From: Candidatus Kapaibacterium sp. | GTDB taxonomy: Bacteria > Bacteroidota > Ignavibacteria > Kapaibacteriales > UBA2268 | Length of the DNA: 64,000 nt | Reading direction: 5' to 3' | Assembly (NCBI GenBank): GCA_963665665.1 | Contig: OY762428.1 | Span: forward strand, 1,824,001-1,888,000 | In this document: piece by piece, positions 59,713-64,000 of the stretch | Position numbering within the stretch: position 1 is the stretch's first letter | How the letters are laid out: each line of letters opens with the position of its first letter | Notes under the pieces: model-generated | Told to the model about the DNA's origin: nothing | Databases searched by the model: none | The model's input: only the letters and a program-made list of their open reading frames with translations | Program-made: the position numbers and the translations under genes

Positions 59713-60264
59713 ATGATATTGATTGATAAAGTTGGCGTAGATAAGGAATTATTGACAGAACGGTTTTGTTGCGATTTGGTGAAATGCAAAGGGGCCTGCT
59801 GCACATTCGAAGGTGAATTCGGCGCTCCGGTGGCAGACGAGGAAGTGCCGCTGATGGAAAAGAATCTAAAAGCAGCAAAGAAATATCTTAACGAGCGTTC
59901 TCTGAAAATTATTGATAAGTACGGGCTGGTGGAAGGTGTGGCAGGTTCGTATTCTACGGTGTGTATCGACAAAAAGGACTGTGTTTTCGTCTATTATGAA
60001 GGCACAATTGCAAAATGTGCTTTCGAGAAAGCATATTTCGAGGGTGAAAGTGATTTCAGGAAACCTGTTTCATGTCATTTATTTCCGATCAGAGTTGGCG
60101 ATTTCGGAGGAGAGTATATTTATTACGAGAAAATTCACGAATGTGTACCGGCAGTGAAAAAAGGCCGGGCAGACGATGTGAAACTTGCAGATTTTTTAGA
60201 AGATGCACTTACTCGTAAATTTGGCAAAGAATGGTATGATAAATTCAGGAATGAAGCAAAATAA
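59713..60264 (+). CDS. DUF3109 family Cys-rich protein
   Basis: F.CDL.KCKGACC..EG..GAP, CVF, C..EKAY and KP.SCHLFPIR; ATG start at 59713. Confidence 0.88.
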   Translation: MILIDKVGVDKELLTERFCCDLVKCKGACCTFEGEFGAPVADEEVPLMEKNLKAAKKYLNERSLKIIDKYGLVEGVAGSYSTVCIDKKDCVFVYYEGTIAKCAFEKAYFEGESDFRKPVSCHLFPIRVGDFGGEYIYYEKIHECVPAVKKGRADDVKLADFLEDALTRKFGKEWYDKFRNEAK

Positions 60265-60300
60265 TTTATTTTTCGGGGGACAAACTTTGGTTGAATTGCT

Positions 60301-62028
60301 ATGAAATTATCACTTGATCTAAGAACGGCTCTGACCCAGACCCTGACGCCGCAGCAAATTCAGTACCTGAAACTGCTGCAGCTTCCGGTTATTCAGCTTG
60401 AGCAGCATGTTATGCAGGAAATTGAACAAAATCCCATGCTGGAGGATTTCAGCGAGGGAGACCTTTTTGATGATGAAGTCGGGAATCTGAATGAATTCGA
60501 CGACCCGGACGGAGACGGGCCGGAAGCGGAAATTACAGACCGGAAAACTGAGATACAGGAACGCCAGATGATCAGCGATGAAGGCGATCCGTTTGAATTT
60601 CACAAGATGATCTATCAGGACGACCAATCCTATGAACCAAAGCCAAAAAATTCTCAATGGGATGAAGAGGACAGCGAACCTTTCCAGATAAAAGATGCAG
60701 AATCCCAGATTGAAGATCTTACAAGCCAATTGAAACTGACTGACCTGAGCGAGGAAGAGCAGGTTTTTGGCGAACAGGTTATTGGTAATATTGATAATGA
60801 CGGCTACCTGCGTAGGGATCTGGCTGAGATAATTGATGAAACAAATATGCTAATTGCTGAAATAAATTTTAATAATAAAAAAATTATTCGGGAAATTTCA
60901 AATCTCTCCAAATCAGGTATTAAAGATAATCCGGCAAGGCAATTTGCACTTTCCGAAGATTCAAAAACTGTGCTACAGGATATTTTTATCCAAAATCCGG
61001 ACCTGATGGATAAAGTCAGCGACACTGCAAAAAATTATATCGCGGAAAATATTGCTGACAACGGTAATTATGAGATGCTGAAAGAAATTGACGAACAAAA
61101 AGCAGAGAAAGTTCTCCGGGAAATCAGACATCTTGATCCTCCGGGAATTGGCTCGCGGACTATCCAGGAATGCCTTGTATCTCAACTTGAAATTATTCCG
61201 AGAATGAATGCAGCCGAAAAACTGGCTATGCTTATTCTGACCGATACCTATGACGCTTTTGCCAAAAAGCATTTTCATGTTATCACCAAAACTCTCGGTG
61301 TAACTGATGATTACCTGAAAGAAGCTATTGAAGTAATCAGGTCGCTCAACCCCAAACCGGGTGGCGGGGACTATCAATCGGAAATAAATACGGTAATTCC
61401 GGACTTCGTAATTGAAATTGACGATGAATCGAAAGAACTGACTATTACGGTTAACGACAGCCGGATACCGTCGATTAAACTCAGCCAGGCTTATGAAAAA
61501 CTGAAAAAAGAAGCACAGTTCAAGCGTTCGAATAAAGAAACAAAAGAGTGGATCAGGAATAAATACGAGGATGCTAAATTCCTTATCCAGGCTATCAGGC
61601 AGAGAAAAAGTACCATGCTGAAAGTAATGACTGCCATTGCCTACCTGCAGAAGGGTTTTTTCTTTGAAGGGACAATCGGCCTGAAACCTCTTATATATAA
61701 AAATGTTGCCGAGAAAACAGGGCTTGATATATCAACTGTTTGCAGAATAGTTAACGGCAAATACTGCCTTACTCCCTTCGGTACTTTCGAACTGAAATTC
61801 TTCTTCAGCGAATCCCTTCCTACTGACGAGGGAGAAGAAGTATCCACCAAAGTTATTAAGCAGGTAATACAGGATATTGTAGCCGAAGAATCAAAAAAGA
61901 AGCCTTACAGTGATGATAAAATTAGTAAATTGCTAAAGGAAAAAGGCTATAACGTTGCACGCAGGACTGTAGCGAAATATCGCGAACAACTGAAAATTCC
62001 GGTGGCAAGGCTTAGAAAAGAATTATAA
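60301..62028 (+). CDS. rpoN: RNA polymerase sigma-54 factor
   Basis: N-terminal LTPQQIQYLKLLQLP; DPPGIGSR; RpoN box ARRTVAKYRE. Confidence 0.97.
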   Translation: MKLSLDLRTALTQTLTPQQIQYLKLLQLPVIQLEQHVMQEIEQNPMLEDFSEGDLFDDEVGNLNEFDDPDGDGPEAEITDRKTEIQERQMISDEGDPFEFHKMIYQDDQSYEPKPKNSQWDEEDSEPFQIKDAESQIEDLTSQLKLTDLSEEEQVFGEQVIGNIDNDGYLRRDLAEIIDETNMLIAEINFNNKKIIREISNLSKSGIKDNPARQFALSEDSKTVLQDIFIQNPDLMDKVSDTAKNYIAENIADNGNYEMLKEIDEQKAEKVLREIRHLDPPGIGSRTIQECLVSQLEIIPRMNAAEKLAMLILTDTYDAFAKKHFHVITKTLGVTDDYLKEAIEVIRSLNPKPGGGDYQSEINTVIPDFVIEIDDESKELTITVNDSRIPSIKLSQAYEKLKKEAQFKRSNKETKEWIRNKYEDAKFLIQAIRQRKSTMLKVMTAIAYLQKGFFFEGTIGLKPLIYKNVAEKTGLDISTVCRIVNGKYCLTPFGTFELKFFFSESLPTDEGEEVSTKVIKQVIQDIVAEESKKKPYSDDKISKLLKEKGYNVARRTVAKYREQLKIPVARLRKEL

Positions 62029-62134
62029 ATAAATTTATTTATTTACTTAGCGCGTATTGAAGAATTTGAAAATCTGAAATTTTATGTATTCGACCCTTAT
62101 CCGGGAGGATGTCTCAAAATTTTAATAAGCTGTC

Positions 62135-62206
62135 TGTCATTCTGAGCACAGCGAAGAATCTATAACCTGATTAAGCACTGGATTCTTCACTTCGTTTAGA
62201 ATGACA
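62135..62206. repeat. Palindromic MITE/REP-like element with 26-bp arms
   Basis: TGTCATTCTGAGCACAGCGAAGAATC ... GATTCTTCACTTCGTTTAGAATGACA. Confidence 0.75.
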
Positions 62207-62391
62207 AATGAAATATGACCCCTCCCATAACTTCCACAAGTGGAGGGCAAAGAGTTATAAATCTTGCGATAATAGCGTTTCTCAGAGGTCGGCAACAGAA
62301 ATTCAAATTAATTTAATAATACTGATTAATAAGGTATTAAATATCAGATAGTAATCGATAAACCGAACTGAATTTTTCAGTTCCACTCAGG

Positions 62392-63255
62392 ATGAATAAA
62401 AAAATCATGGAAGTTGTAAAAGATACATTTAGCATTGAAGGCAGTAGTGGCAGAAATATTGATGCCGATATAAGGTTTCCGGACGGGAAGGAAAAATATC
62501 CCTGCCTTATAATTCTGCATGGCTTTAAGGCTCATAAGGACTGGGGCTTTTTTCCCTATATTTCCTCAGAAATGGGAACTCAGGGGTTTATTACAATCAC
62601 TATCAACTTCAGCCATAATGGAATTCTCGATCCGGAAAAAAATATTCTCGACACAGAAGTGTTTGCCAATAATTCTGTTTCCAGGGAAATTGAGGATATT
62701 TATATCCTGCTGAAAGAATTAAAATCAAATAGAATCGTTGACTGCCATACTGATAAAAACTGGGACGGCAGAATATTTCTGCTCGGGCATTCAATGGGCG
62801 GAGCCATATCAATTCTTACTGCATCTGAAAGAAATGATATTGAAGCTGTTTGCCTGTGGGGAACTATCGCAAAATTCAACCGCTACACCAAGAGGCAGAG
62901 GGATTTATGGAAAAATGCCGGATTCATAGAGTTTGAAAATACTTCCACAGGACAGGTTTTAAAGCTTTATGCTTCATTCCTTGAAGACCTGGAAAAACAT
63001 GACCGGGAATTCAGCCTGCCGGACAGGATAGCAATGATAAATGCACCGATAATGATCCTTCACGGCAACCAGGATATGACGGTTCCGATAAAAGAAGGGC
63101 AATTGCTAAAAGATTCTGCAGGGGAAAACTGTGAATTACAAATAATTGAAAAAGCCGGGCATGTTTTTGGCGCTGAACACCCATTTGCCGGAACTACAAG
63201 AGCACTTGATTCGTTATTAGATTTGACAAAGAAATTTTTTGACAGATATAAATAA
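62392..63255 (+). CDS. Alpha/beta hydrolase
   Basis: HGFK, nucleophile GHSMGG, HG.QD.TV and AGHVF. Confidence 0.9.
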   Translation: MNKKIMEVVKDTFSIEGSSGRNIDADIRFPDGKEKYPCLIILHGFKAHKDWGFFPYISSEMGTQGFITITINFSHNGILDPEKNILDTEVFANNSVSREIEDIYILLKELKSNRIVDCHTDKNWDGRIFLLGHSMGGAISILTASERNDIEAVCLWGTIAKFNRYTKRQRDLWKNAGFIEFENTSTGQVLKLYASFLEDLEKHDREFSLPDRIAMINAPIMILHGNQDMTVPIKEGQLLKDSAGENCELQIIEKAGHVFGAEHPFAGTTRALDSLLDLTKKFFDRYK

Positions 63256-63668
63256 TGATAGTTAATAAATCCATATTTTCTCTTCTCTTGATTCTGCTAA
63301 TCGGCGGATGTGAACTGATTGTGATCGGCAGCAAAGCCAAACCCGTTGTTGCAATCGACCGTACATCGCCGGTAGGTACGGTTTACCTGTTCAAAACCGA
63401 ACTCGACAGCAATAATGTGGCCGCTGCCACAGAGATACTTGCACGCCCCAACGGCACGGAATATCTTGCTCTGGAGCAGTACGAACTCTACAATGAAGTG
63501 GCTCGTATCGGACGTATTATCCGCGACCTGCCCGTAACTGACGTTAAAACTGATTCCCTGAAGCCTGATCTTTACAGGGTTAATATTGAATTTGATTATA
63601 TCCGCCCCATGAAATTTTCCACCCTTCTGATCAATAATGACTGGTACATTGTTCAATACGAGGAGTAA
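63255..63668 (+). CDS. Hypothetical lipoprotein
   Basis: Lipobox IGGC; TAATG coupling to the hydrolase gene. Confidence 0.75.
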   Translation: MIVNKSIFSLLLILLIGGCELIVIGSKAKPVVAIDRTSPVGTVYLFKTELDSNNVAAATEILARPNGTEYLALEQYELYNEVARIGRIIRDLPVTDVKTDSLKPDLYRVNIEFDYIRPMKFSTLLINNDWYIVQYEE

Positions 63669-63805
63669 GGGATAAAATATTAATGCGGAAATTGATGTTT
63701 ATTAATTACCCAATATTCTTTCTTTTTGAAGATTCAATTTGCTTGATAAGTTTATCAAAATCACTTTCAAACAAAATAAAACTAATAAAAAAACAGCTCT
63801 TAATA

Positions 63806-64000
63806 TTATTTATCATCAAATACTGGTTTGACATTATTATTGATAATATAATGTTCGATTTCTTCAATTTCATCCAAAATCAGATACTTAATACCTGAAA
63901 AATTTCTGATTTCATTCCATAAAGAATGATTTTTCTCATTAACTGATAATGGTTCGTCGCCTATTATAAAATGGTTATTATTGTTATTATTATTAACGAA
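63806..64000 (-). CDS. Possible 3' end of a hypothetical gene starting beyond the window
   Basis: Minus frame open from the edge (FVNNNNNNNHFIIGDEPL...VFDDK*) for 65 codons in very AT-rich DNA. Confidence 0.35.
   Translation of the reverse strand, partial: FVNNNNNNNHFIIGDEPLSVNEKNHSLWNEIRNFSGIKYLILDEIEEIEHYIINNNVKPVFDDK

Overview
AT-rich, gene-dense bacterial chromosome segment from the Bacteroidota/Chlorobiota/Ignavibacteria-Kapabacteria (FCB) group. This is inferred from a full-length T9SS translocon SprA, four T9SS C-terminal-domain cargo proteins, a DUF3109-like gene before rpoN and a C-terminally extended S16. Housekeeping genes (miaB, rpsP, ffh, cdsA, smpB, rfbD, PGM/PMM, rpoN) alternate with envelope genes and small accessory inserts. 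No rRNA, tRNA, CRISPR array, transposase or integrase was seen. Most notable: (1) an integrase-less, integron-like two-cassette array with attC-like hairpins, carrying an HNH-like nuclease gene and a membrane/HEAT-like gene (10.1-11.6 kb); (2) an operon encoding a PEP-synthase-like ATP-grasp/phospho-His protein without the pyruvate domain, translationally coupled to an orphan response regulator and followed by a CBS protein and an SLC13 transporter, a candidate non-canonical phosphorelay (49.9-55.2 kb); (3) an orphan 85-aa peptide with six CxxG units resembling a radical-SAM RiPP precursor (38.4 kb); (4) an M28 peptidase homologue with substituted metal ligands; (5) a T9SS-tagged glutathione peroxidase, an HDAC+GNAT pair, a sphingomyelin-synthase-like PAP2 protein, tyrosine phenol-lyase, sigma-54-type sites and several families of palindromic intergenic repeats. 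All calls come from reading motifs by eye; no database searches were run.
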